DNA of 64,000 nucleotides from a bacterium (GTDB lineage: Bacteria; UBA8248). A model generated the notes under the pieces. That model saw nothing but the letters and a program-made list of their open reading frames with translations. It did not search any database and was not told where the DNA came from. Made by a program: the position numbers and the translations under genes. Where the stretch lies: contig OZ242260.1 of assembly GCA_965207065.1 (NCBI GenBank), forward strand, positions 2,560,001-2,624,000. The letters run 5' to 3'. Positions 29,057 to 39,410 of this stretch are shown here, one piece after another (positions within the stretch are counted from its first letter, which is position 1; the number at the start of each line of letters is the position of its first letter).

Positions 29057-29911
29057 ATGAAAGCCGATAAGGTGGGTGCCGGATTTATCCTATTCCGTAG
29101 CGAGTACTGGTCTCGGGATCGGATGGTTAGAGCCGCCTCTTATCTGTTTGCTCTCATCGCCTGGGAAGTGACGGGCCGCGTCGTCGGTCCGCTTTTCCTC
29201 GCAGGCCCCTCCCAGGTCGCCGTGGCGTTGTCCGAAGTGGTTCTCTCGGGCGAACTGCCTCTTGCGCTCCTGGTGAGCCTCCAGGCTTTCGCCGTGGGGT
29301 TCGTCGTCGCGATGGTATCGGCGATTCCGCTCGGCATGCTCATGGGCCGGTTCGAATCCGTCGAGCGTTTCTTCGAGCCCTACATTGCGGCATTTTTCGT
29401 CACGCCTGTCTCAGCCCTGATCCCCATGGTCATCATCTGGTTCGGGATCGGCATCGAGGCCCGCGTCGTCGTCGTATTCTCATTCTGTTTTTTCGACATC
29501 GTCATCAACACGTTCAACGGCGTCCGCGATGTCCGCTACGAGTTGGTGGAGCCGGTTCGCTCGTTGGGCGCCACCCAGAAACAGATTTTTATGAAAGTCA
29601 TTCTCCCGGCGGCCGCTCCGTTCGTCATGTCCGGAATACGGCTGGGGCTGGGGAGAGCGATTCGAGGCATGGTGATCGCTGAACTGCTCCTCGCCACGAC
29701 GGGGCTGGGCGGGATGATAGTCACATACAGCGCTGTGTTTCGCACGGACGTAATCTTCGCCGTCCTGGTGGTGATAGTGGTACTCGGAGTCGGCTCGGTG
29801 CGCCTCATCAAGGCGATGGAAAGCCGCCTGTTCCCCTGGAAGGAGACGAGCACTATCCGGGGAGGCTTCGAGGGCAGCGCGCGTACGGCTCCCGCGCCCG
29901 CCGAGGGATAG
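29057..29911 (+). CDS. NitT/TauT-family ABC permease
   Basis: 'PLGMLMG', 'IIWFGIG', 'RSLGATQKQIFMKVILPAAAP', 'VIAEL'. Confidence 0.9.
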   Translation: MKADKVGAGFILFRSEYWSRDRMVRAASYLFALIAWEVTGRVVGPLFLAGPSQVAVALSEVVLSGELPLALLVSLQAFAVGFVVAMVSAIPLGMLMGRFESVERFFEPYIAAFFVTPVSALIPMVIIWFGIGIEARVVVVFSFCFFDIVINTFNGVRDVRYELVEPVRSLGATQKQIFMKVILPAAAPFVMSGIRLGLGRAIRGMVIAELLLATTGLGGMIVTYSAVFRTDVIFAVLVVIVVLGVGSVRLIKAMESRLFPWKETSTIRGGFEGSARTAPAPAEG

Positions 29912-29993
29912 ACGCAACGAACCGCAAGAAATGCGGGTCGTTTATTGCAAGAGGGCATCTTTTCCGATTTCAAAACTTTGAGGGAGGAAAGAC

Positions 29994-31028
29994 ATGAGGC
30001 ACTTCGCAAGATTCAAAACCCGATTCGGCTTGTTTCTCACGGTGGCGACGATGACCCTGGGGCTCTTGTTCGTGACGACGCCCGCGCCTGTCCACGCGGC
30101 CAAAACGATACAGGTGGTCTACCCTGCCGGCTTGGACATGGAAAAAGGCGCCATGGTCGTCGGCTGGGATCTGTTCATGAAAGACGTCAAGGTCAATCCG
30201 GTGATCCTGAAAGGCCAGGGTTCGGTGGCAAGGGCGTTGGCGTCCGGCAAGGTAGATGTCGGGTATCTCACCTTCTCCGTATTCGCCCGGGTAGTGGCCA
30301 AGGGGGCGAAACTCGTTTCGCTCGCCGTCTCCGAGCAGAAGCTCGTCTGGGGCGTGATAGCGAAAAAAGACATCAAATCCGTCAAGGCCCTCAAGGGGAA
30401 GCGAGTCGCCGTCCATGCGCCTGCGGGCATCAGCGCCTCGATCATCGACTACTACGCCGCTACGTCCGGCTATAACAGGAAAGATTTCCAAATGTACTAC
30501 ATCCGGGGGGGTGAGAACCGCATCGCGGCCCTCCTCGCCGGAAAGCTGGACGCCACGGTCGCCGCTCTCATCGACGCGAACGAGGCGATCAACACAGGCA
30601 AGTACAAGGTGCTTTCTGTTTTCGGCGAGGTCGCCCCCGATGTCGTCGGCCCCATGCTGGTCGCCACGCAGAAGTTCGTGAAGGAAAATCCCGGCACCGC
30701 GCAAAAGCTCGTGACCGCCGCGATCCAGGGGATGCGCCTCGCGTATGACGATCCCAAGAGATTCGCAGCGGCTCTCAAAAAGCGCGCGCCCTACAACAAC
30801 GAAAAACTCCTGTGGCAAGGGCATAAGGGTTTCGTCAAATACCAGCTCTGGCCGAGAAACGGCGGTGCGCCGCTCCTGAAAACGCTGCAGAAGAGCCTCG
30901 CCTGGTTCGGGAAGAACGCGGCGGGCGAAGCCAAGAAAATGCAGTACGACAAGGGGTTCCGCATCACGAAAGATCACGTGGCTCCCCAGTTCCTGGGAGC
31001 GGCGCTCAAGAAACTGGGCGGGAAATAA
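29994..31028 (+). CDS. NitT/TauT-family ABC substrate-binding protein
   Basis: Signal peptide; 'ALASGKVD', 'IKSVKALKGKRVAV', 'ALLAGKLDA'. Confidence 0.88.
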   Translation: MRHFARFKTRFGLFLTVATMTLGLLFVTTPAPVHAAKTIQVVYPAGLDMEKGAMVVGWDLFMKDVKVNPVILKGQGSVARALASGKVDVGYLTFSVFARVVAKGAKLVSLAVSEQKLVWGVIAKKDIKSVKALKGKRVAVHAPAGISASIIDYYAATSGYNRKDFQMYYIRGGENRIAALLAGKLDATVAALIDANEAINTGKYKVLSVFGEVAPDVVGPMLVATQKFVKENPGTAQKLVTAAIQGMRLAYDDPKRFAAALKKRAPYNNEKLLWQGHKGFVKYQLWPRNGGAPLLKTLQKSLAWFGKNAAGEAKKMQYDKGFRITKDHVAPQFLGAALKKLGGK

Positions 31029-31037
31029 GGGGATTTT

Positions 31038-31844
31038 GTGGGTTCGAAAATCGTCGTTCGAAACATTTCGAAGACGTTCGTAAAAAAGAGCGGCGGGAAG
31101 GGTGACAGCGCAGTAGAGGCGCTCAAGGACGTATCCTTCGAGGTGATGGAGCAGGAATTCGTCTGCATCGTGGGTCCCAGCGGCTGCGGGAAGACGACGC
31201 TCTTGCGCATCATCGACGGGCTGATTCCCGCCGATGCTGGAGATATCCTGATCGACGGACGCATTGTCGGCGCGCCGGCCCAGGACCGGGGGATGGTTTT
31301 CCAGACCTTCGGCCTGCTCCCTTGGCGGACGGTGGCGGACAACGTCGCCATCGGGCTCGAGATAGCGGGCATGGAAGCGCAGAAACAAAGGTCCATCGTC
31401 CAGCGGTGGATTAAGGTCGTGGGTCTGGCCGGGTTCGAACACTACTATCCTCATGAGCTTTCGGGCGGCATGCAGCAGCGCGTCGGTCTCGCGAGGGTGC
31501 TCGCCATCGATCCGGTGGTCATCCTGATGGATGAACCCTTCGGCGCGCTCGACGCTCAGACGCGCGAACTCATGCAGGAAGAGTTGCTGCGCATTTGGAA
31601 CCAGGAGAAGAAGACGGTTATCTTCATCACTCACAGCATCGATGAGGCCATCTATCTCGCAGATCGCGTGGTCGTCATGTCGGCCCGGCCTGGCAGAATC
31701 GCGGAAATCCTCCGGGTCGACATTCCCCGCCCGAGGTGGGAGCGCGACGTGCGGGGCACGAAGGCATTCGCCGAACTAAGAGCGCACATCTGGAAAGAGT
31801 TAAGAAAAGACACACCGAGGGTCGGTGCGCCCTCCGGTGATTGA
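31038..31844 (+). CDS. NitT/TauT-family ABC ATP-binding protein
   Basis: GPSGCGKT, LSGGMQQR, MDEPFGALDAQTR. Confidence 0.93.
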   Translation: MGSKIVVRNISKTFVKKSGGKGDSAVEALKDVSFEVMEQEFVCIVGPSGCGKTTLLRIIDGLIPADAGDILIDGRIVGAPAQDRGMVFQTFGLLPWRTVADNVAIGLEIAGMEAQKQRSIVQRWIKVVGLAGFEHYYPHELSGGMQQRVGLARVLAIDPVVILMDEPFGALDAQTRELMQEELLRIWNQEKKTVIFITHSIDEAIYLADRVVVMSARPGRIAEILRVDIPRPRWERDVRGTKAFAELRAHIWKELRKDTPRVGAPSGD

Positions 31845-31875
31845 ATCATCACTCGTAGAGAGGACACGGCGAGAA

Positions 31876-32865
31876 TTGATAATTGACCTCCACTCCCATT
31901 ACATTCCACCGGCTTATCTTGAACTCGTCCGTGACGAGGGAAACCCCTACGGCCGCCATGTGACGAAACTCCCTTCGGGAGAACCCGCCCTGTTCGGCGA
32001 CAACCGCCTGATTCCCTTGCTTGCGGGTTTTCACGACGTGGGCGTGAAGATACGGGACATGGAGAAACAGGGGGTGGAGAGGCAGGTCGTATCTCCGCCC
32101 CCGTTTCTTTTCCAGTACGATCTTCCCGATTCCCTCGGCGCGGAAATGGCGAGGCTGCTGAATGACGAGGCGCACGCTCTGGAAAAATCGCGGCCCGAAG
32201 ACTTCGTCGCGATGGCTACGGTTCCGCTTCAGAATCCCGAAGCCGCCGCGGTGGAGCTAGAGCGGGCTGTCACGAAACTCGGCATGCGCTCTGTAGAAAT
32301 CGGCGCGAGCGCGGGCGAGCGCGAACTAGACGATCCGGCGCTTGCACCCTTCTGGGAGACGGCGGAGCGGCTCGGCGCGCTCGTGCTCATCCACCCCATC
32401 CGCCCACCCGGACGCGAGCGGATGGGCGATTACTATCTCTTCAACCTCATCGGTTTTCTCGTGGAGACCACCCTCGCCGCCGCGCGTATGATCTTCGCAG
32501 GCGTGCTGGAGAAATACTCGGATCTCAAACTTTGTCTGTCGCACGCGGGGGGAATGGCGCTCTGGATACAGGGCCGTTTCGACCACGGGCTTCGCGCGCT
32601 GCCCGCCTGCCAGGGAATTATCGAGCGCCCGCCGAGCGAGTATCTGAAACGCATGTATTTCGACACCATCACCCACAGTCCCGAGGCGCTTCGCTACGTC
32701 ATCGAAAGGGTCGGGGCGGACCGCGTGATGCTCGGTACGGACTATCCCTTCGCCGTGGCGGACTTCGATCCCATGGGCACGGTGGACGCCATACCGAATA
32801 TCACTGAGGATGAACGCGCGTCCATAACGGGAGGAGCGGCGTCGGGCCTCTTGGGGTTGGCGTAG
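31876..32865 (+). CDS. Amidohydrolase 2 family (ACMSD-like)
   Basis: IDLHSH, VLIHP, SHAGG, LGTDYPF; start codon approximate (TTG 31876). Confidence 0.88.
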   Translation: MIIDLHSHYIPPAYLELVRDEGNPYGRHVTKLPSGEPALFGDNRLIPLLAGFHDVGVKIRDMEKQGVERQVVSPPPFLFQYDLPDSLGAEMARLLNDEAHALEKSRPEDFVAMATVPLQNPEAAAVELERAVTKLGMRSVEIGASAGERELDDPALAPFWETAERLGALVLIHPIRPPGRERMGDYYLFNLIGFLVETTLAAARMIFAGVLEKYSDLKLCLSHAGGMALWIQGRFDHGLRALPACQGIIERPPSEYLKRMYFDTITHSPEALRYVIERVGADRVMLGTDYPFAVADFDPMGTVDAIPNITEDERASITGGAASGLLGLA

Positions 32866-33142
32866 ACGTTTTCCATCAAAACCCAAATACGGCGCATGAC
32901 GCTCAAATTACGTGATAGCGAAGAGCTATGATCTACTTCAGAAGATAAGCGCTCCGGCAGCGACGCGCAGGTTCGCGCTGACCTTTGAATTTATCCGCTT
33001 CCGATTTGATGACGTACCGGGGAAGATGGATGCCGAATGAAGTCTGGAAAAGTAAACTACTCCCATGATATCAACGAAATAGCGGAATTCCCCACCCGTC
33101 GGATATCCCCCACTGTCTATAAACGTGCGGGATCTACCATCC

Positions 33143-36100
33143 TCAAAAGCTGAATTTCATTTTCATTTCCGCGAGGAAGTCGTAGGTGCTGTTTCCCGCC
33201 GTCGTGAACCCGAGCTGCCCCTGAAGGAGCGGCACGCGAGCACCCAGTCGCATGCTGCCGCCGAGACCCAAGCGGACCCGGGTCGGGTGGGCGCGCGCCG
33301 ACAATTTCGTGCTCGCGACGATAATCGATTTCTCTGCGCCCAGGAACTTGTGCTCGATGTCCACCGACGCGAACAGGCGGCGCGTATCCTCCTCGCCCTT
33401 CTCCACAAGAAGGCCCACGCGGCCCACCATGCTCTCGGCGTCTTCCACCGAGATCGCGCCGCCTCCGGTGGACGCCCCGGCGGTGAATTCATCCAGTGAG
33501 AACGAAGAAAAGGAGAGTCCTGTTCTCGGCGTAAGGAGCAGACCGCCCATTTTGGTGCGGCGGCCGACCTCGATTCCCAACGCATAGTCGGAACCGGAAA
33601 CGTCCGACGCGATGGCGCCCAGGGAGGCGGCATTCATATCCAGGCGGTGCCAGCCTATCGCAATCTGGCCGTCGACATAGTAGCGCCCGTTATCCATAGT
33701 GCCGGAAAGACTCAACCCCTCGCCCGCCAGCGTAATTTCGCCGACGCCTCCGACATCCACGGAACTGCGGCGGTGATGCGCCGCTACGCCGAGAGTGACG
33801 TGCTTGCCTGTGGGAATGTCGAGCCCGCCTTCCAGCCGATAGCCATCGTAATCGTAGGTGGTCCCGCCGTATGTCGAGGTCTTGGCGCTCCACTTGCCGC
33901 CGCCGTATGTGGGACGGACCCAGAAACCCTGGGTGTTGCGCACGGCAAGCATCCTCTCCTGGTAAGTCGCGAGGCGGGCCTGATCCATCAACACGAATGG
34001 CAGCGCCTCGTACACCTGCGCACGCGAGCCGTATTCGCTTGTCACGGAGATGTCACCGTTATCATCTTGCAGGCTGACGTCCCAGACGCCGAGCGGCATC
34101 TTGCTTCCTTCAGTCAGTGGCAGGGCGCGATTGCCCGGCTGAAGGTATATCCGGGGGGCGCGCGAGGTTCCGTCGGCGCCAGGAAGATTCCTGATTGCGC
34201 CCTGAATCCGTTGTTCGATGTTCCCGCCCGGTTCAATCACCACTGCGACGTCGGCGGGCGCGTTGGGCCTTGTGCTCCATGGTTCGCCGAGGATCGCCAC
34301 ACCCGATTGCGCCGAGATCCGCGCGTGCGGACCGACGATCACCGTACCGCCGCCTTCGAGTTTGATTCCTGCGTGTCTGACGTTGGTTACTTCCCGGGTC
34401 AGGGGGTCCGTTATCGTCTGGAGCAAGGGGCCGGTCGACTCCACCTCGCCGAACACCCTCGCCACGTTGTTCGTGACGGGGAAATCACCGTTGCCCGTGC
34501 CTTCGGCAAAATAAATGCCGGTATATCCGGATACCCTGCCGGTGCGCGCGACCGTCACGTCGCCGCCTGCGACCGGATGAACACCGACGCCGAACTGCCC
34601 GGTGACTTCACCTGCGACGTGAACGAAGTGTTGGCGCCTGCCGTCGACAATGCCGCCCGTGGCCAGCCTGATGCCGTCAATAAAACCTGTCACGGAGGCT
34701 CCCTGCGATACGGAAACGCGAACCTCGCCGTTTCTCATACTGCTCGGTATGGGATAGCCGGTGTGAATGCCATAGCCGTCGAAGGACGTGATGCTTCCGC
34801 CCGTCACTTCAATCAGGATGTCGCCGGCGTTGTAGCTCACCTCGAATTCACGGGCTCTGTTCTTGTAGGCTTCCGTGTACTCGGGTGACGTCGCCAACGT
34901 CAAGTTATCGAGCACCTCCTTCAGACGATCCTCGCCGGTGTCATCCAGGATTTCGCGAATGACCTCCGCTTCCGCAGGCGAGAGGACCTTTACGGGAAGA
35001 GGATTTCCTCGTGCGTCGACTGCGCCGAGCGCACCCGCCAGCACTTGCGCAGGCGTGAGTTCGGGGGGAGAAGGGATCTGCAGCTGAGCGGCAAGGATCG
35101 TCAACTCGTCAGGCGTCAGGATTTTTGGCGTGGCGACATGAACCAGCAGATCCACCAGGTCGACCGCGTATGCCCGGATCCCCGCTCCGGCAGGTGGAAT
35201 TGGTGGTTTGAGGAGTCCATTGACGATGCCGAGGTTGATCCCGAGGGAGAGCGATTGTGGGTCCTGCTGGCCCGGCAGGCCAATGATATCCGGATCACCG
35301 ACCCGTATCGTTCCGCTCGAGACGATATGGATCAGGGGCTCCTCACGGGCCCCGTCGTTCATTATCTCCACGGGAGCTTGCCTCCCGCCGTCCTCTCTGG
35401 TGTAGCCGATATGTCCGCTTCTGCGGCGGGCCCATGCGAGGATGCCCTCCGTCAAGGAACCACCCAGGATTGTCCCTTTGTTGTCGATTACGATGCGGCC
35501 GCTGTTCACATCGTTCGTCAAGAAGGCGGCAATGCCCCTGCCAAGTCCTGGCGCTCCTCTCAAGACGGCGCCTTCCTCGACCCGAACGGTTACGGAGCCG
35601 TCGTGATGCTGGAATCCTTGCACGGCGCTGCTTCCCTCGCGTTTCGCCGTGATGTCGGCGCCCTTTCCGACTGTGATGGAGATGTCGCCTTTGCCCAGAT
35701 GCTCGGCGTTCACGCCATAAGCGTTCTGGCCCCCCGTGATGATCGGGCCGCCGTTCACCGTGACGTCCAACGAGCCGGCCCGGTACTGTCTCACGTTGAT
35801 GCCGTGGCCTCCTACACCGTCAGTCTGGATTCGCGTGTGACCTTCGAGCGTTACGGAAACGGCGGAATCCGCCGCAGACTCCACGGAAATGCCGTGATCC
35901 ATCACCTCGATGCTTTGTCCGTTCGGCAACGGCGCCTGGAGGCCCTGTCCGATGATCGTAATGGTGCCCGCCTCATCCGAGCCGCCCATGATCGTCAGGT
36001 CCAGTCCATCCTGCGGCACGTCCTGCGGGGAGTAATGGATGCCGGTGTAATCAGACCCCGTGCAGACCTGAGCAGCGGGATTCCCGCCGACGGGCTCGCA

Positions 36101-36286
36101 AATCGCTTCACGGTTCTGCGCCAGGGCTGGTCCGGCTGCCAGGAAGGATACGAGAACCACGGTCGCGATACTTCGCACCGGAATCCGCGATTCGAAGCAT
36201 CTCATTGTGGCTCTCGCTCTGCAGAAGAGATTCCAGGAGACAAAGGTTCGCAACCGGCAGCTCATGAGAGAGGTGGTTTTTTTCAA
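33143..36286 (-). CDS. Autotransporter (type Va) with beta-helical passenger
   Basis: Extended signal peptide ending ALA-Q; Gly/Ile/Val beta-helix repeats; 'RAQVYEALP' linker; beta-barrel ending MKFSF. Confidence 0.9.
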   Translation of the reverse strand: MKKTTSLMSCRLRTFVSWNLFCRARATMRCFESRIPVRSIATVVLVSFLAAGPALAQNREAICEPVGGNPAAQVCTGSDYTGIHYSPQDVPQDGLDLTIMGGSDEAGTITIIGQGLQAPLPNGQSIEVMDHGISVESAADSAVSVTLEGHTRIQTDGVGGHGINVRQYRAGSLDVTVNGGPIITGGQNAYGVNAEHLGKGDISITVGKGADITAKREGSSAVQGFQHHDGSVTVRVEEGAVLRGAPGLGRGIAAFLTNDVNSGRIVIDNKGTILGGSLTEGILAWARRRSGHIGYTREDGGRQAPVEIMNDGAREEPLIHIVSSGTIRVGDPDIIGLPGQQDPQSLSLGINLGIVNGLLKPPIPPAGAGIRAYAVDLVDLLVHVATPKILTPDELTILAAQLQIPSPPELTPAQVLAGALGAVDARGNPLPVKVLSPAEAEVIREILDDTGEDRLKEVLDNLTLATSPEYTEAYKNRAREFEVSYNAGDILIEVTGGSITSFDGYGIHTGYPIPSSMRNGEVRVSVSQGASVTGFIDGIRLATGGIVDGRRQHFVHVAGEVTGQFGVGVHPVAGGDVTVARTGRVSGYTGIYFAEGTGNGDFPVTNNVARVFGEVESTGPLLQTITDPLTREVTNVRHAGIKLEGGGTVIVGPHARISAQSGVAILGEPWSTRPNAPADVAVVIEPGGNIEQRIQGAIRNLPGADGTSRAPRIYLQPGNRALPLTEGSKMPLGVWDVSLQDDNGDISVTSEYGSRAQVYEALPFVLMDQARLATYQERMLAVRNTQGFWVRPTYGGGKWSAKTSTYGGTTYDYDGYRLEGGLDIPTGKHVTLGVAAHHRRSSVDVGGVGEITLAGEGLSLSGTMDNGRYYVDGQIAIGWHRLDMNAASLGAIASDVSGSDYALGIEVGRRTKMGGLLLTPRTGLSFSSFSLDEFTAGASTGGGAISVEDAESMVGRVGLLVEKGEEDTRRLFASVDIEHKFLGAEKSIIVASTKLSARAHPTRVRLGLGGSMRLGARVPLLQGQLGFTTAGNSTYDFLAEMKMKFSF

Positions 36287-36407
36287 TTTGATTACTCCTG
36301 AGTTCCCGTGTTCGCTGAATTAATGATGGTTGAAAGATGCAGACCGGGCATGGGGACGCGCCTCATGACGCCCGCTTCCTGGCGGCAGAGACCGACGACG
36401 TCGATTC

Positions 36408-37262
36408 CTACTCGCGGTTCGCGCCGAAGGCGCCGAGAATATGCCTTCGCTCGAAAACGCCGCTCACTTCTTCATGGTTCGGGCCAAAGAAATATCCGGA
36501 TAATGAATCCGTATCGGCTCCCTCGCTGAAATGACCATCCGTGACCTGCACGTCATTCCAGTTCATATCGTCGTATTTTCTGCCGTCATCAAGAGTGGCG
36601 ATATTCGTGAAAGCCAGATCGAGAACCTGGCGCGCCATATTGAATGTAATCGTGGCGTCTCCGATGAGCGGATCTTCGTCGGCCAGCTTATCGAGGCCGG
36701 ACATGGCGCCCGTCCACGTGAAAGATCCCGACACCGGATTCGTGCCGCTGTGTTGCCCGACCAATGCGCCTCCAATCCACCGGATGCCACCGGTGAATGT
36801 GCTCCGGTCTGCGCTGAAAACACTATATTTCATCCATCCGCCCAGTCCCCGGAAATCAATCACGTCAAACGCTTTATCACTCCCTACCGTTTCTCTCAGA
36901 TTGACGCCGTTTCGTATTCCAATGGTTTTCGAATCCTGCTCCGATGTGAAAGTGGTGGCCTCCACGGTGTTGTAATGCAGTGGACCGGTCGGCAGCATTG
37001 CGGTGCAGCTATCCTCAGCGCACGCTACCGGGAAGCGCTCGGCCGGTAATGGTATCGGGCTGGCGGTCACCACCAGATCCGTGCTGATTATCCGGGTAGC
37101 TTTCATTCCAATCTCGCCGTTTCGATCATGAATTTCCTGTTCCATCGGTACAGGCGCCGTCACGTCGCCGCCGCTACTGCCGCTGCCGCCACCACTACCG
37201 CCGCAGCCCGACAAGATCGCGGCGATTAAAATACTCAGTCCAATGGAAATCCATTGACGCAT
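36408..37262 (-). CDS. Short TbpB-like surface lipoprotein
   Basis: Lipobox LSG-C plus Gly/Ser linker; 'SGTNPVSGSFTWTGAM', 'GYFFGPNHEEVSGVF', 'LGAFGANRE'. Confidence 0.85.
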   Translation of the reverse strand: MRQWISIGLSILIAAILSGCGGSGGGSGSSGGDVTAPVPMEQEIHDRNGEIGMKATRIISTDLVVTASPIPLPAERFPVACAEDSCTAMLPTGPLHYNTVEATTFTSEQDSKTIGIRNGVNLRETVGSDKAFDVIDFRGLGGWMKYSVFSADRSTFTGGIRWIGGALVGQHSGTNPVSGSFTWTGAMSGLDKLADEDPLIGDATITFNMARQVLDLAFTNIATLDDGRKYDDMNWNDVQVTDGHFSEGADTDSLSGYFFGPNHEEVSGVFERRHILGAFGANRE

Positions 37263-37416
37263 GATGTCTCCTCTTTCTTTGGAACGTGAAAAAATATCCT
37301 TGGATGCTCAGAAAAAAGAGCGTGGACTTGACATCCGATGTATCCCGGGCGAGAAGAGCGCGCACTATAATTCCATCTCGTTGATATGACACCAATAAGA
37401 ATCAGGCGCCGGCTAG

Positions 37417-38811
37417 TTATGCGGAACGGGACGCCAGCAACGCCACAACCTCTTCGGCCGCGTCCTCGCCGCTTGCCAGGGCGCCGTTCACCGAGGGCAT
37501 CCGCATGCAATCGCCCGCAAGAAAAAGGTTCTTCACGTTCAAGCTTTTTTGTCGTCGCAATTCCGCAATCTCTCTCAAAATCCCGGGCGGCCCGATGCAC
37601 AGGGCCTCCGGCCAGCGGTACACACGGGTGAACAGCCCATCATTGTCGCCGGGGAGGTTGCTCCCGGGGGGGAGGGGATGACGGCGCACGTCGGCGAGCA
37701 TCCGGCGCTTGATCTCCTCGTCGTCGAGGGGAAACAACTCCTCGGCGCGGTCGCGACCGACGAGCAAGTCGAGAGTGCTCTTGCCCGGCGGCGCACAGGC
37801 GGGCAGGTTGATGGATCTGTCCAGCAGCAAGGGCGTTTCGTCTTCGGGGTACAACACGCAGTTCCAGCCGGGGGGAAGCGGCCGATGGTCGAGTCCGATT
37901 ACCACCCGGCACCCGCGCGCGTACTTAACCCTGCGGAACACGCGTTGAATGGCCTCAGGCAGGTCGGGAATGATCTTCAGGGTCGTGGAGGTGGTAGTAG
38001 TGCAGATGACGGCGTCTGCCTCCATGGGCCCGTCATCCACGACCACGCCGGTCACGCCGCCGTTTTGGATGACGACGCGCTTGACGGGCGATGAGACGCG
38101 AATGTCGGCTCCACAAGCGTCGGCCAGGGCGTGGGTCAGGGAGCCGATGCCTTCCTCCGGCACGTACAGCTCATCGGTCTTCATCATGATTTGCGTCATG
38201 AACGTCAGGGCGAACGCGGCGCTCATTTCATCCAGCTCACCCATCGTCATTTCGAGGAGTCCCCGCAAGGCCAGACGCATATCCTCCGGCACGCCTATCC
38301 GCTTCATGTAGTCGTTGGCGCTCTCTTCCTCATCGATCTCGGCGATCATCGAGTTGCTCGCGAAACTCAGGTGCTCCGGCTTATTCTTGATGGTCTTGGA
38401 CATCTTCATGCTCGCCCGGATCGCCCGGGGTGAGATTAACCCCAGATTCCACAGCGCCGGCAGGTTGCTGATAACGCCGGCCAATGTTTGCTCCGGCGTA
38501 GTGGTGAAGAAGCGGCCGTTCTTATACCAGCCGAGCTTCATCATCGAACGAACCAGGGGCAATCCCAACTCCTCGCACAAGCGCAAGGCTACGTCGTGGG
38601 AAGCGGTGAAAAAGTCCGCGCCCTCATCCAGGAGAAAGCCGTCCACCCTGTCGCCGCCCAGCCGTCCTCCTACCCTGTCGCCTGCTTCGAGCAAGATGGC
38701 TCTGATGCCGTGTTTCTTGAGGGTGTAGGCGGCGCACAGCCCGGATGTTCCTCCTCCAATGATGATTATATTTTTCGTATTATTTTTGTCTCTTTGTGTC
38801 GATTGCGGCAA
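37417..38811 (-). CDS. FAD-dependent oxidoreductase (amine oxidase/protoporphyrinogen oxidase superfamily)
   Basis: IIGGGTSGL, LEAGDRVGGR, DEGADF, LFLAGD, NGALASG. Confidence 0.88.
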   Translation of the reverse strand: MPQSTQRDKNNTKNIIIIGGGTSGLCAAYTLKKHGIRAILLEAGDRVGGRLGGDRVDGFLLDEGADFFTASHDVALRLCEELGLPLVRSMMKLGWYKNGRFFTTTPEQTLAGVISNLPALWNLGLISPRAIRASMKMSKTIKNKPEHLSFASNSMIAEIDEEESANDYMKRIGVPEDMRLALRGLLEMTMGELDEMSAAFALTFMTQIMMKTDELYVPEEGIGSLTHALADACGADIRVSSPVKRVVIQNGGVTGVVVDDGPMEADAVICTTTTSTTLKIIPDLPEAIQRVFRRVKYARGCRVVIGLDHRPLPPGWNCVLYPEDETPLLLDRSINLPACAPPGKSTLDLLVGRDRAEELFPLDDEEIKRRMLADVRRHPLPPGSNLPGDNDGLFTRVYRWPEALCIGPPGILREIAELRRQKSLNVKNLFLAGDCMRMPSVNGALASGEDAAEEVVALLASRSA

Positions 38812-38949
38812 TTATGAGTCCTCTCTCGTCAAAGATGTGTTATCGAGTCCTCCTGTCGATGGCGTTCAGCAGAATCGGCGGAAGCAGGAAATTCCCCGTC
38901 GCCTGAATACGGACGAAAAGCATTCATGTGCGATCCAACAGGAGGAACA

Positions 38950-39264
38950 CTACCGGGTGATCGCGCCACCGGGATCGGTCGTGCTGGAGCTGACGTTAAT
39001 GTCGATGTTCCCGTCGCCTTCATGCTTGGCGTGTACGGTCGATTGATTGTTGCCGGTCGTATCGATGTCCACGTTTGCAGCGTCGATGTCGCTCGTGGAA
39101 ATGGCATCCTTCGTGCATTCGATCCTCTCGCCCGCCCCGGGCGTGTTGCTGCATACGGCGGTCTGCGCTTGGGCGGTGGCCACACCGAAAACGAGCGCGA
39201 AGAATAGGGTGAGGCAGTCCAGACCGAAATGGGCAAGCCGACGGCTGCAAAGGTGTCTATCCAT
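38950..39264 (-). pseudogene. N-terminal fragment of an autotransporter-like surface protein
   Basis: Signal peptide ..AQA-Q, Cys pair 'VCSNTPGAGERIEC' and 'HAKHEGDGNIDINV' resembling 'ICEPVGGNPAAQVC' and 'NAEHLGKGDISITV' of the 33143-36286 protein; stops after 104 aa. Confidence 0.75.
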
Positions 39265-39407
39265 TTCTGTTCTGCGCGTTCAGGTCGACTGCCAATAATT
39301 AAAATATAGATAAGCGTGAGTTAATTTTCGCCCCCAACATTGGGGGATTACAGCAAGTTTTTCGCCAAATCCTGGGATTTTTCGGGAAGGTGGACGACGT
39401 CGGCGCC
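39256..39407 (-). repeat. 152-bp leader/promoter repeat, copy 1, with palindrome CCCCCAACATTGGGGG (39331-39346)
   Basis: Colinear, near-identical to 40958-41109. Confidence 0.92.
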
Positions 39408-39410
39408 GGC

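Noticed and set aside
29970-31634. 554-aa minus-strand ORF
   Set aside because: Antisense shadow of the ABC binding-protein and ATPase genes.
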